Part shown: in pieces, positions 12,511 to 25,679 of the stretch
Numbering within the stretch: the first letter of the stretch is position 1
Layout: each line of letters begins with the position of its first letter
Source of the DNA: Octopus vulgaris
Taxonomy: Eukaryota
Direction of reading: 5' to 3'
DNA: 64,000 bases
Assembly: GCA_951406725.2 (NCBI GenBank)
Contig: OX597820.1
Location: forward strand, 14,880,001-14,944,000
Made by a program: the position numbers and the translations under genes
Notes under the pieces: model-generated
The model's input: the letters and a program-made list of their open reading frames with translations, nothing else
What the model was told of the DNA's origin: nothing
Database searches by the model: none

Positions 12511-15065
12511 GCTTGTGTGCCTTCCTTTTTCTTGTAAAATGACCATCTCTGTCATCCTGTGTTTGTTTCCAATATTGTGGCCATATCTGACCATGGAGAA
12601 ATATTACCTTACTTGGAAACAGCTGAAGGTTGGTGATAGGAGGGACATCCCATCATAGAAAATCTACCTCAATGAATTCCATCTGACCCATGCAAGCAAA
12701 AGAAAATGGACATTATGACAATAATACATAGAATTAGGTGCCATGCTGTAGAATGAAACACCAACATGTTTGTACCCATTTGATGACACTGATGTCCTTC
12801 AGAATGGCACATAATATTTGTAGATTAAATTAATTCTTTGCCTCTAAGTACCTTAATGCTGTGACTCTCCAACTAAAAAAAAAATGACCCACATCAGAAA
12901 TAGAATTTCTTTTACACTCCTACCTCTTTATTGATAAGACCAAAACTGTTACCATTCATTTCAATTTTCCTTCTTTACTGGGGTGCTGGACATTACAAGA
13001 TTTAAAACCATCATATTTAACTATATTAAAATAAATAATTTGTCTGCCTCTTTATTAATCCTCACAACCTCATCCACGTGAGAAAAGTTGCATTAATGTA
13101 CAGTAAGGTCTTTTTAAATATGTCAACAATCACACACCTTTTATTTTGGAATATTGTGAAATAAACGCAGGGTTTTAATTCTAGGTATATTGAAATATTG
13201 AAGTAACGTAACATGAATATGGAAAAAGAAATCGGTTTTAAGAGCTGAAATTCGAGACTAGAGTTCACTTCAAAGTATTTATTATTTTATATTGATGTCT
13301 GCTTAAGTCAATGCTGTAACGACAGTTAAGACCAAAAAGAAGCCACAAGAAATAAAGGAACGAGAAGAATGAAATCTGCGACAATAAATGAGGACACTGA
13401 CATTAAGCAAGATTTTCAGGGGAGGTAACTATGCTGGAAATTATTTCCACGGGAGACAATTCATGACGACCAGTTTATATTATGATATAAATTATTTTTT
13501 TCAAATAATAATAATTGGTGAGAAAATATCATTTGCAAACTACAGCGATGTGAAAAATAAATAATTGAAAGTTAAACAAAGGGATAATGATAAATGAAAG
13601 GTTTTAGGTTAGTAAAAACAATTAATTGGCGAAAAAATTCGAAGAAAATTAAGTGGAACGAGCGTTCAATTGGAAATCTGTTCAGAACAGGATTTGAATA
13701 ATAAATTTTAAAATATAGAAATTATCATAATATTTTATCTTATAAGTTTAATATGTTGAATAATTAAGTTTGTATGTTTTTTTCTTTTTTTTTTTTTCGA
13801 CGTAGAAAAATTATTAACATTATTTGAAAATTTGCTATATGACTTACATAAACGCCTGGACTTCAGTGGTAGATAAGATTAAATTATTGTTAAGTATTTC
13901 GAAATAAATCATTCTATTAGATAAAGTTTATATCAACTATTCGTAGCAATTTAAAGTTTATATCAACTATTTCAGTAGCAATTTAAAAACAGTGAAGTCA
14001 ACAACTTTGACAGGTCAATGGCAGAAGTTACCTCCCCTAACAAATATTTCTTTGTTCTTAGTTATCTCCCTTTAGCTATATTTCGACGAATTCCTGATCT
14101 GTTACTCTTGTTTCAGGCATTTAACTGTGACCATGCTGGAGCACCGCCTTTAGTCGGGCAAATCGACCCCAGGACTTATTCTTTATAAGCCTAGTACTTA
14201 TTCTATTGGTCTTTTTTGCCGAACCGCTCAGATACGGGGGACTATCCGAAATAAATGAATGGTGACAAACTTGACTCCGAGTGCAAATCTTATTTTGAAA
14301 TGCTTTTTACTTCATCTTTCTTGAGCTGACAAAACAATAAGAAAATGAATATATATCAAACTTGCTATGAATACTTTATTTTCAACAGTATTGTTCTCAA
14401 TTTTGTTTAGGGTCCAAGTGAACGCAACTTAAGCACAAATATGGCGAAATGGATTTAAGCCACGATTAATCCGTCCTTTAAGGGATGTGATTTTAGAGAG
14501 ATTTGGCTGTTATTTCTAGCACAGTGAAGTTACTACGTTCGGTCGTTTTCATATTGTGCGCCTGGAACACTGGTACTTTATTGACTACAAACAGAAATCG
14601 TTGGTACATTAAACAATTGATAATGAAATTACTTAACCAGGAATCGAACACGTGTCGCAGGCTTGATTTGACAGGAATTCCGCAGAATTCAACATCAGTG
14701 TGTCTTACTAAACAAGCGAAGGAGAGAAACTCTACCTGATCTGAAATGCTAGAAATATTAACCAAATCTCCTATAAATCACACCATATAGATATAACGAA
14801 AGGCCACATTGGACAACATGGTTCCTGGTACATAGAATACGGGGGTCGATCATTACAAGAATACTTTCCATCATTAGGGTTGAGTAAAGCAGACCCAGAG
14901 TGATACGACAAATGGAATCAATAAAATTGACCATACATATATATTCAGCCTCTTTCTTCCGGTCATTTCACCATGTCGAACCGTTAATCTCTATACATTT
15001 TTTTTTCTCTCTCTCTCTCTCTCCGTTTTCTTTTAAGCCTCTGTCCCTTTTCCCCACTCTTAATC

Positions 15066-15101
15066 CTTTCTGTCGAAGACCGTAGGCTCGAAACGTAAAA
15101 G
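15066..15101 (+). ncRNA. Minimal type I hammerhead-like motif (Penelope pLTR type)
   Basis: CTTT-CTGTCGA-A-GACC GTAG GCTC-GAA-ACGT-A-AAAG; palindromic stem III; the core and stem II carry substitutions. Confidence 0.45.
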
Positions 15102-16651
15102 ACTTTTCCATTCTTCCTCAGTGTTAAACTAATACACTTGCTTGTTCCTACACCCATGCTCATCTTTTGTTTTCTGTTAATTTGAACTATATTATATATA
15201 TATATACACACACACGCACACATAATCTTTTACTTGTTTCAGTCATTGGACAGCGGTCATGGTGGGGCAGTACACCGAAGGGTTTTAGTCAAACTAATTG
15301 ACTCTGGTACTTACTTTTTTAAAAACCCTGTTACCTACTGAAATGGTCCCTTACGCTGAATCGCTAACTAACGGGATAAACACCGGTTGCCAAATAGTGT
15401 GTGTGTGGGGTTTACAAACAAATACAAATGTATCTATACGATGGACTTCTTTCAGATTCCGTGTACCAAATCCACTCACGAGGCTTTAGTCGCCCTCGAA
15501 GCTATAGTAGAAGACACTTGTCCAAGGTGCCACGCAGTGGGACGGAACCCAGAACCATATGGGTGAGAAGTAAGCTTCTTACCATACACATACGGTGAAT
15601 TGGCCGAGTTGTTAGAGAGTCGAGAAGAGTAGCATGCAATATCTGTTCCGGTTCTTTGTGCACTGTGTTCAAATGCTGCCAAGATCAGATTTATCTTTTA
15701 TCCTTTTGATGAAGAATGTAAAAAATATCAGCTGTGGTCAGAATTGGGGTGGGGTGGGCTCTGCGAGGTCGAAAAAGTACTCGAGACTGCAGCCATGGGC
15801 TCTGGACTTATGCTGGAGTTCAGAGTCCATGGCACATCACACACACACACATTAATATTTATACAATACAGTGTCGTATGCTCATTTCAGTTCCCAATCG
15901 GTTTCGTACACGAAAGTTAGAGAAGAAAAAACCCAATCTCGGTGCTCGACAGAAAAGTGAGCAGAAAGTGAAGGGCGGCGGCTCCCTGCTACTGGAGGTC
16001 AAGAAGTGTTACATCCGGTTTGAGGATATTGTGAAAAAGCGAAACGGAAAAAAGCCTTCGAAGACGTTCAGAGGATAGATTTATCTTGAGTTACGCCTTT
16101 TCCGCCAGGATCAGAGTGTTGTCATAGTGTAAGAGATAGCTGATGACAAGGCGGGGTTGGGATTTGAATATGCGCAGTATGGGGTTGATGTGTGCTGAAG
16201 AGGGGGGGGGCGGAAAGTGGGATCATATACGAGCACGTACATGTTTATGTCTGTGTGTATTTGCATGTAATAAGCTGGAGACAGCAAAGACTGCACTGAA
16301 CCCTCAGACTGTGCTAGGGGGAAATATCTATCTCTTTACTGCCAACCAGGGGCTACACACTGAGGGGATAAGCAAGGACAGACAAACGGATTAAGTCGAT
16401 TACATCGACCCCAGTGCGTAACTGGTACTTAAAAGGCAAAGTCGACCTCGGCGGAATTTGAACTCAGAACGTAACAACAGACGAAATACTGCTAAGCATT
16501 TCGCCCGGCGTGCTAACGTTTCTGCCAGCTCACCGCCCTTACTAGGGGGAGATACCGATAGTGGAAACTCAAATGTTTATAATTATGGTACAGTCCACCA
16601 GTATCTAAGCATATATTTTCTTTCATGTGAGCAATGTGCGTTTAGATAGAT

Positions 16652-17020
16652 TGTAGGTTGTTATTGAACCATCTAATAAGACTCCCAAGAAGGCTGTAAT
16701 TTGTTTGGCAGTAATCCCAGACGGAAAACATACGAGCAAGATTGTCTTAAACGCTTTTATTTGTGGCCACGCGTACACATCCAAAGGAATGACAAACAGA
16801 ATGGTTGATGTGTAAGGGCCATGGTCTTCTGAGCTTTGCTCCTATCTGGTAGCAGGCCTGAGGCCTAAGATAGAGCCACTCAAGTTGCGTCCTCATAGCT
16901 TGCGTGTCCATGCAGAAAAGAGGAAGAGATGAGGTCACGTGCTTGAACCTCATTGTTGTGTAGCGCCCTCTCTGTATAGCTAGTTTGTTTACCCCTGTCA
17001 AGGTGGGTAATACGCCTACA
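16652..17020 (-). mobile_element. Candidate solo LTR
   Basis: Termini TGTAGG...CCTACA and a minus-strand AATAAA near 16752; the TSD is not clean (TAGAT vs TGTAT). Confidence 0.35.
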
Positions 17021-17804
17021 TGTATAAATATATATACTGATATGTGTGTGTGTGTGTGTGTGCGTGTGAATCAGGGGATGATATGCAGATCAACGATAAA
17101 ACTGATAAATGCTTCATCATGGTCTAAAAATACATTGCAACAATGAATCCGTCAGCCTTGTCTCTTGAACCATAAGAAATGCAGCGAACCAGAGACGACT
17201 TGTTTGGAAAGTGAAACCAACAACACTGACATTAAACAAACAAACAAACAAACAAACAAACACACACACACTCGGATGCGCGTGCGTGTATGTATATATG
17301 TTTGTATCATGGAAGACTCGCTGTAAAAGATGCAGAAGGTATATTCACGTTTTGCTTATTCCCGAATACCTGAAAACTTCGTCAGTTCGCTGACCAGGTC
17401 AATGACGAAATATTATAAGCCTGACCAAGTTTTATAAGCTTTAGGTTTTCCTTTTTCTTTTGGTCATGGACATGACATTACGTCACACACACACGTACAT
17501 ATACATGCATATCCATTCACACACATATCCATGCAGTGACAGGCATACACACACGCACACATACACATTCATACACATACATGCACACGGGTGTGAGAGC
17601 AAGGATCACATTTTGCAACCACGTAGTTCCGTCCTACTGCATGGCACCATGGGTAAGGGTAATCTATCATAGCCCCGGACCAAACAATGCCTGGTGAGCA
17701 AATGTGGCTAACGGAAACTGTGTGGAAGCGTGACGTGTATGTGTTTATGCATGCATGCATGCACATACATATATATATCCTTTCTACGAAAGACACAATG
17801 TTTC

Positions 17805-18475
17805 ACTGGTACTCAATTTATCGACTCCCTAAAGATAAAAAGCAAAAGTCATCCTCGGCGGAATTTGAACTCAGAACTTAATGACGGACGAAATACCTAT
17901 TTTTTTACTACCCACAAGGGGCTAAACTCAGAGGGGACAAACAAGGACAGACAAACGGATTAAGTCGATTATATCTACCCCAGTGCGTAACTAGTACTTA
18001 TTTCATCGACCCCGAAAGGATGAAAGGCAAAGTCGAACTAGGTGGAATTTGAACTCAGAACGTAACGGCAGACGAAATAACGCTAAGCATTTCGCCCGGC
18101 GTGCTAACGTTTCTGCCAGCTCGCCCTCTTATACAAACCACATGGTTCCGGGTTCAGTCCCACTGCGTGGCACCTTCGGTAAGTGTCTTCTATTATAGCC
18201 GCGGGCCGACCAAAGCCTTGTAAGTGGATTTGGTAGACGGAAACTGAAAGAAGCCCGTCGTATATATGTGTATATATATGTGTGTGTGTGTGTTTTTGTC
18301 CCCCCAACATTGCTTGACAACCGATGGCGGTGTGTTTACGTCCCCGTAACTCAGTGGTTCGGCAAAGAAACCGATAGAATAAGTACTTACAAAGAATAAG
18401 TCCTGGGGGCGATTTACTCGACTAAAGGCAGTGCTCCAGCATGGCCACAGTCAAATGACTGAAACAAGTAAAAGA
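17805..18475. mobile_element. SINE A (minus, dimeric) abutting SINE B (plus)
   Basis: Both match the family consensus sequences seen elsewhere in the window. Confidence 0.85.
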
Positions 18476-18710
18476 GCAAAGATATCAATAAATAAATATA
18501 TATATATATATATATGCCTACAAGTATGTGTCTTAGTAGCTGTCACTCTACCCACGGTTTGACAACCCGTGTTGGTTTATTCACATTCCCACAACTTAGC
18601 GGTTCAGCAATGTAATAGGACTTGAAACTTAAGTACTGGTGTCGATCAAACCCTTCAACGTTTGTACGTTTGTATGTGCATATGTACAAAGACAAATAGA
18701 GTGAGATGGA

Positions 18711-18756
<46 letters not shown>

Positions 18757-19223
18757 TGTGTGGACACACAGCTCTCACGTTGATATGTAAACAATGTAGC
18801 GTGGTCGGTGAATAAGTGTAAAATCATTTCAGATATATGGACAAACGATGAATCATTATTTCTTTTTTAAATATCTCTCAAGCAAATAAAACTCTTAGTT
18901 TGACAAAGTATGGTTGAAAAACTAAGGAATGTAGGCTTATCAGTGCGGTTCCTAACTTTCCGACATTACCGTGCCTGTAAACTTGAAAGTCAAATAAAAA
19001 TAAATTACTGAAATTCTTAAAACTTCACCCAAAGAAGCATGACGCATTTTAAAACTTTTTAAAAGCTTGCTCATTTTTCTTGAGCCCTTCGACTCCAGTA
19101 CTTCATTGGTGTTTTATTTCATCGAACGCGGAGGGGTGAAAAGCAAAGGTGATCTCGAAGGGATTTGAACTCGGAACACGTAGAGCCGGGAAAATAAAAA
19201 AAACGGCTAAGTATTTCTTCCGT

Positions 19224-19531
19224 GGAGGCACATGGCCTAGTGGTTAGAGCAGCGAATTCGCGGTCGAGAGATCGTGGGTTCGAATCTCAGACCGGGCGAT
19301 GTGTGTGTATTTATGAGCGAAACACCTAAGCTCTACGCGGCTCCGGCAGAAGGTAATGGCGAAACTTCTGCTGACTCTTTCGCCACAACTTTCTCTCACT
19401 CTGTCCTCTTGCATCTTGCAGCTCACCTGCGACGGACCGGTGCCCCGTCCAAGTGGGGAACCTATACGCCAAGGAAACCAGGAAACCGGCCCTTATGAAC
19501 CAGGCGTGGCTCGGGAAGGAACAAACAACAA
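19224..19531 (+). mobile_element. tRNA(Arg)-like SINE family D, full length
   Basis: GGAGGCACATGGCCTAGTGGTTAGAGC A box, GGTTCGAATCTC B box, CTGCGACGGACCGG...CCGTCCA domain and (AAC) tail; related copies at 26201-26380 and 57768-58000. Confidence 0.8.
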
Positions 19532-19895
19532 GTATTTCCCCCAACATGCTAACGATTCTGCCAGCTTGCCGCCTTTGTAAAATCTTGCAGATTGGTAATT
19601 TCTTGCATAGGTGCAAGGCTAGAAATTTTGCAGGGTGGGGAACAGTCGATTATAGCGACACCAGTATGAGACTGGTACTTAGTTTTTATCGACTACAGAA
19701 AAATAATTTTAAAAATTGAACTCTGGGATCGATGTAATCGACTAGTCCCCTATCCCCGAATTTTACACAAGCCCTGAAATTTGGGGGTAGGGGACTAGTA
19801 CATCGATCCCAGTGTTCAACTGTTATAGCCCCGACCAACCAATGCCTGGTGAGCAAACGGAAACTGTGAAAGCGCGTCGTGTATGTGCCTATGCA

Positions 19896-19926
<31 letters not shown>

Positions 19927-19954
19927 CTATCTATCTATCTAAAAGAAATATAAC

Positions 19955-20226
19955 ATGTGACTTCATTGACCGAGGTTACCGTGGTCTTTTCCGTAGGCTT
20001 TTCTTTCCACGGGTAAACCTCACCTGTCCTCCCCTTTACACTTCATATTGACATTTGTGATAACGATCCCTATTGATCAATTCCCCCCCTTTTTTGTCCT
20101 CTTTCTTTCTTTTTACGATCCCTTTTGATCGAAAACCAAACCTCCATTTTTTTACCCCCAAAAGAAAAGCTCTACCTTGTAATTTGTCCTGTCTGTGTGC
20201 AGCCCTGTGTGGCTAATAAAGAAACA
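19955..20226 (+). mobile_element. Probable 3' UTR remnant of a Tx1/L1-type LINE
   Basis: Pyrimidine-rich, ending CAGCCCTGTGTGGCTAATAAAGAAA, similar to the Tx1 3' end near 30140 (minus) and to the SINE A tail. Confidence 0.45.
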
Positions 20227-20261
<35 letters not shown>

Positions 20262-20873
20262 ATCCTTTCTACTAAAGGCACAAGGCCTGAAATTTGTGGG
20301 GAGGGGACTAGTCGATGACATCGATCCCAGTGTGTAACTGGTACTCAATCTATCGACTCCGAAAGGATGAAAGGCTAAGTTGACCTCGGCGGAATTTGAA
20401 CTCAGAACGTAAGGACGGATGAAATGCCGTTAAGCATTTTGTCCAGTGAGCTAACGATTCTTATTTCTTTACTGCCCACAAGGGGCTAAACATGGAGGGG
20501 ACAAACAAGGACAAACAAAGGGGATTAAATCGATTACATCGACCCCAGTACGCAACTGGTACTTAATTTATCGATCCCGAAAGGATGAAAGGCTAAGTCG
20601 ACCTCGGCGGAATTTGAACTCAGAACGTAGTGGCAGACGAAATACCTATTTCTTTATTGCCCACAAGGGGTTAAACACAAAGAGGAAAAACAAGGACAAA
20701 CGGATTAAGTCGATTGTATCGACCCCAGTGCGTAACTGGTACTTAATTTATCGACCCCGAAAGGATGAAAGGCAAAGTCGACCTCGGCGGAATTTAAACT
20801 CAGAACATAGCGGCAGACGAAATACCGCTAAGCATTTCGACCGACGTGCTAACGTGTCTGCCAGCTCATCGCC
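20262..20873 (-). mobile_element. SINE A trimeric nest
   Basis: Three bodies; the tails are followed (minus strand) by GGTATTTCG or AGAATCGTTAG. Confidence 0.85.
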
Positions 20874-21988
20874 TTTCTTTGTGTTAATTCTTCTCCCGTA
20901 CACTGAGATAGGGCGATATTTCATTACTTTTACCTTTCTCCTGCTGGTCATTTTAAACGGACATTACCAGCTGACTCAATCGCTTAAGTTGCTGGAAATA
21001 GCAACCCAAACCCTGCAAATCACATTTTATAGTGTTAAAAATAGGATTCATTAAGTAATGTATGAGCTAATGTGCAAAATGACACGACTGGACACGACTG
21101 GACCGCATTTGATTCTTGGTCGGCTCAGTTAGAGCCAGCTCTAGCCTAAACACTATCGACGTTCGTTGGGACTAACTACAGTAAAGCTTTATATGACTAT
21201 ACAGTACCTTTCTTCTTATTTCTTAGCCAGAAAGGAAGGTAATGTCACGGATCATTTAAAGGGCCTGTGAGATTGGTAAAACTAGGAGAAAAGCTATCCT
21301 GAAACCGAAGGTCTGACCCGAATACTTGCAGCAGAATTGGATCCACTAAAGTTACAGAAGAGGTCATGGGATGATGTTAAGTGTAAGGGGTCATGGGATG
21401 ATGTTACGGTGATGGGTTAAGTGTACCACCCAAGTAGGCTACAGCGTGATTCGAACTCGGAACGTGAAGAGTCGGAACAAATATTGGTTTCAAATTTTGG
21501 CACAAGGCCAGCAATTTCAGGGGAGGGTGTAAGTCGAATACATCAATCCCAGTGTTCAGCTGGTACTTATTTTATCGACCCCAGAAGGAAGAAAAGCTTA
21601 GCTGATTTTGGCGGGATTTGATCTCAGAGCGTAAAGACCGACGAAATGCCGCTAAGCATTTGCCCAGCGTTCTAAAGATTCTGACAGCTTCACCAGAATA
21701 AATATTGCAAAGCAACCGATTTCTTACCGTCCTGCCAAGCTACCCACCCCACGTCTCCGGATTGGAGAACATTTTTATTAAACCTCGAAAAGATCTAAGT
21801 CAAAGTGGCGTGTGAACTCAACGAACAGAATCGGTGCAAATACCGCGAGATAGTTCACTCAGCGTTTTAACGACTATGGCAGTTCATCATTTTTTAACCT
21901 AATTTGTTGCCTGTAAATAGAAGGAAAGATGGTGGCTCTTTTTGAAGAGGTTTTATTTTCTGTAGTGTAGCTAGAGTTATTGCCACCC

Positions 21989-22563
21989 AGGGTAGTCCTT
22001 GGGTTCGCCGTGCGGGAGTAGTCCATGGGTTCGTCGTGCGGGAGTAGTCCCTTGGGTTCGTCGTGCGGGAGTAGTCCCTTGGGTTCGTCGTGCGGGAGTA
22101 GTCCCTTGGGTTCGTCGTGCGGGAGTAGTCCCTTGGGTTCGTCGTGCGGGAGTAGTCCCTTGGGTTCGTCGTGCGGGAGTAGTCCCTTAGGTTCGTCGTG
22201 CGGGAGTAGTCCCTTGGGTTCGCCGTGCGGGAGTAGTCCCTTGGGTTCGCCGTGCGGGAGTAGTCCTTGGGTTCGCCGTGCGGGGGTAGTCCTTGGGTTC
22301 GCCGTGCGGGGGTAGTCCTTGGGTTCGCCGTGCGGGGGTAGTCCTTGGGTTCGCCGTGTGGGAGTAGTCCTTGGATTCGCCGTGCGGGAGTAGTCCTTGG
22401 GTTCGCCATGCGGGAGTAGTCCTTGGATTCGCCGTGCGGGAGTAGTCCTTGGGTTCGTCGTGCGGGAGTAGTCCTTGGGTTCGCCGCGCGGGAGTAGTTC
22501 TTGGGTTTGCCTTGCGGGGGTAGTCCTTGGGTTCGTCGTGCGGGGTAGTTCTTGGGTTTGCCG
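21989..22563. repeat. 26/27-bp GC-rich minisatellite (~22 units)
   Basis: Units GGGAGTAGTCCCTTGGGTTCGTCGTGC (27 bp) and GGGAGTAGTCCTTGGGTTCGCCGTGC (26 bp); no spacers. Confidence 0.95.
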
Positions 22564-23728
22564 TCTCCACCCCATCTCATGGGCCCATAAGAATGCACAA
22601 ACTTATACGGCAGAACCCAAAGTACTTCCTCGATAAAAGCGTCGTCTGGAGCGGGCCGCCTCTGTCCCCCGCCCAACATCATTAGCTACGCTACAAACTA
22701 ATTAAAATAAAGTAGGGCAGTCTAAGATCTTTTTTAGGCTTTGACTGGTTTGATTATGACTGACTTTTTAGGGCTTGAAAGATAGAGTAGTGTTCATGAC
22801 CCTCTTTAAGGGTTCCGTGATTGATTAAAGGAAGGGAGAGGAAGTTATCCTCAGACCATAGACTTAACTCGATTGCTTGTGACAGAATGGACTCGTCTAA
22901 AAACATGCACGGGCCAAGTGATTGAGGTTTTTAATCATCCAACGAAAGGCAGAAACTCTCAAACGGCCTTCCATAGTTTCTGTCGACCAAATCTAACTTG
23001 TTCTCAGTTGCGTGTCTTACTTTGACATAAGATTATCGGGGATCTCAGGTAATTGAATATCTAGTTGTTTCTTGAGTACTTGAATACACTTATACTTATT
23101 CTATATAAATTTCTCTTGTTCTTTGAAAAGCGTTTTGAAAAGCTGTGAGCCTTTGAACCCTAAGCTGTTGGAGTATGTAGTCCCGACTTTCGCTGGAAGG
23201 GCGGGACTTTCTTGGCTATGCAGTGGCATCAGGCTCGATGATTTGCATGCTTTTCGGTACCGAAGTTTGGTGCTAGCCTTTCATAGCTCTTCCATCTATG
23301 AGTAGATTAGTTATGTGCAAGAAAAAGAGAATTAGTTTAAATTATTTATCTGTGTATCATACTTAAAGCAGACATATCATTGAAAGCGTAATTAACTGCA
23401 GTATTCATCCTGAGATAGTATTTTTTAAAGACGTACAGTGTTAAAAAACGAAGAAATATATCAGTAGCAGAGACAAAAATCGCCCAACAGCGGATTGCCA
23501 TCACTGCTGCCATAAGAAATACTGTGTCAAGTCAAACATTGCAGTTAATCAGTCCTTCAATGATGGATCTTCTGCTTTAAGCACGATGTACACACACACA
23601 ATCGCAGGCCACAAGATTCCGGGTTCAGCCCCACTGCATGGCGCCTTGGGCAAGTGTCTTCTACTATAGCCTCAGGGCGACCAAAACCTTGTGAGTGGAT
23701 TTGGTAGACGGAAACTGAAAGAAGCTCG

Positions 23729-23763
<35 letters not shown>

Positions 23764-23817
23764 TGTGTGTGTGCACGCGCGCGTGCGTATATCTGTTTCA
23801 GTCCTGAAAGAAGCTCG

Positions 23818-23849
<32 letters not shown>

Positions 23850-25048
23850 ACGCGCGCGTGCGTATATCTGTTTCGGTCTGTGTTTGTCCCTCACTACCAA
23901 ATGACAACCGGTATTGGTGCGTTTGCGTCTCAACTTTGCGGTTCGGCAAAATATGCCGATAGAATAAGTACTAGTCTTAAAAAAAAAACTACTGGAGTAG
24001 ATTCGTTCGACTAAATTTCAAGGTGTTGCCCCAGATAAAAGATAAAAGATATCATCGTACGTTTCTGTCGCCTTCTCCCCAGGTGTGGAAGTTTCACACT
24101 TTCAGCCCCTCTCAATTGTTGCATTGAAGCTATTTACGCAGCAACTTCGGATTGCTTTGAGCTCTGCCTTCGATTTAACGTCGTGTGAAGACTAAAATAT
24201 TGAGCAATAGTCCTCACGAGCGAAAAGAAATACTTTCTATAGAACACAATGAAGTCGCATATGTTTTGGCCGTTCTGTAGCCAAATTGGCCAACACCCTT
24301 CTTTAAATGAAAAATACCTTCAATCTCAAAGTAATAGTTTTGCATGGTCTGTGCATCTCCGCACTACACCTCGGCAAAAACAACATGGTCTCGGACAAAA
24401 ATTTAATCGACTACAATGGTAATTTTAGAATTCAGAATTAAAATATTAAGGGAAAGCGTTATAAACAACACAGAAATAGATTGGAATTGTGGTTTACGTG
24501 AGAGCCATTCCTTTGTCTTTTCTTTCGTTTCTTTATCTAAGGTAGAGTTAATCGTAGTTTATTAAATCATTTACAGATCAAAAGACCGTTGTAGAATTGC
24601 ATCTCTTACAGAATGTGACAAACTCATTAATCAAAGCATTAGACAGCGACTCACCTTGCCGTTTGACGTACGGTCATTAAGAAAAGAACGTGACAACTGC
24701 TCAGTGCTTCATCTTTGCATGCGACTAACTAGTGGATTGAGGCTACGGGTCACAAGTTCAAAATATTAGTTTTTAGGATTCTAAAAGCGACATTTGAAAG
24801 CATTCAGGCCCTTTCGTTAGTGAAGTTAAATTTTAGTGTCATTTCTGAAACGAAATTTCGGACGAACAAATGTCTAACTCCCGGATTGTGTTATCTACGG
24901 TCATACATATGGATACAAGTAAAAGCTGAGATACAAAACAGATAGAAAGAAAATGGAAAAAGGAAAAAGATCTCTTGTAAGGAATTTTACGGTGAGAGGA
25001 ACAATTTAGACAATATTCGTTCATCCATTCTTTTCATTCATGAATGTA

Positions 25049-25528
25049 TCGGGTTGTCAGATAAATTCGTTTGTAAGGCGGCGAGCTGGCAGGAACGTAA
25101 AAAACATCGGGCAAAATGCTTAGCGGTATTTCGTCTGTCTTTGCGTTCTGAGTTCAAATTCCGCCGAGATCGATTTTGCCTTTCATACTTTCGGGGTCGA
25201 TAAATTAAGGACCAGTTGTGTACTGGGGTCGATCTAATCGACTGGACACCCCCCCTCAAAAAAAAAAAAAATTTTGTGCCTTGAGTAAAAAAGATTCGTT
25301 TGTTTCTTTGAACGTACTGACGAATTCTTCGAGTTGATTACTGGATGATTTCTACCGTCGGGTTATTGACAAGCTAATGCAGCGTTGGCAAAAAGTGGTG
25401 AACAATGAAAGAGAATCTATTATCGACTCGTTTGTTAAAATTCTTGAAGAAAAATAAGGATTAAATTAAATTGGGAAAGAAAACCCATGCAAAAACCGAA
25501 AACCGAACGAGTTTATCTGACAACCCCA
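25049..25528 (+). mobile_element. Mariner-derived non-autonomous element interrupted by SINE A
   Basis: TIRs TCGGGTTGTCAGATAAATTCGTT / AACGAGTTTATCTGACAACCCCA; transposase C-terminal remnant DFYRRVIDKLMQRWQKVVNNE at ~25347-25410; SINE at 25076-25293 with ATTCGTTTGT TSD. Confidence 0.8.
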
Positions 25529-25647
25529 GACAACAATGCAAGTAAGTAAATTTAATGCATGTTTGTGTGTGCATGTATGCTTGTCCAAGCGTGTGTGTGT
25601 GTGAGTGAGTGTGTGTGAGTGAGTGTGAGTGTGTGAGTGTGAGTGTG

Positions 25648-25679
<32 letters not shown>

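Noticed and set aside
19224-19295. tRNA-Arg gene (also 26201 and 44614)
   Set aside because: The acceptor stem does not close and the sequence continues into a shared SINE body.
21874-22682. 233/262-aa repetitive ORFs or a CRISPR-like array
   Set aside because: These are translations of a spacerless minisatellite. Mixed 26/27-bp units shift frame, arguing against coding.
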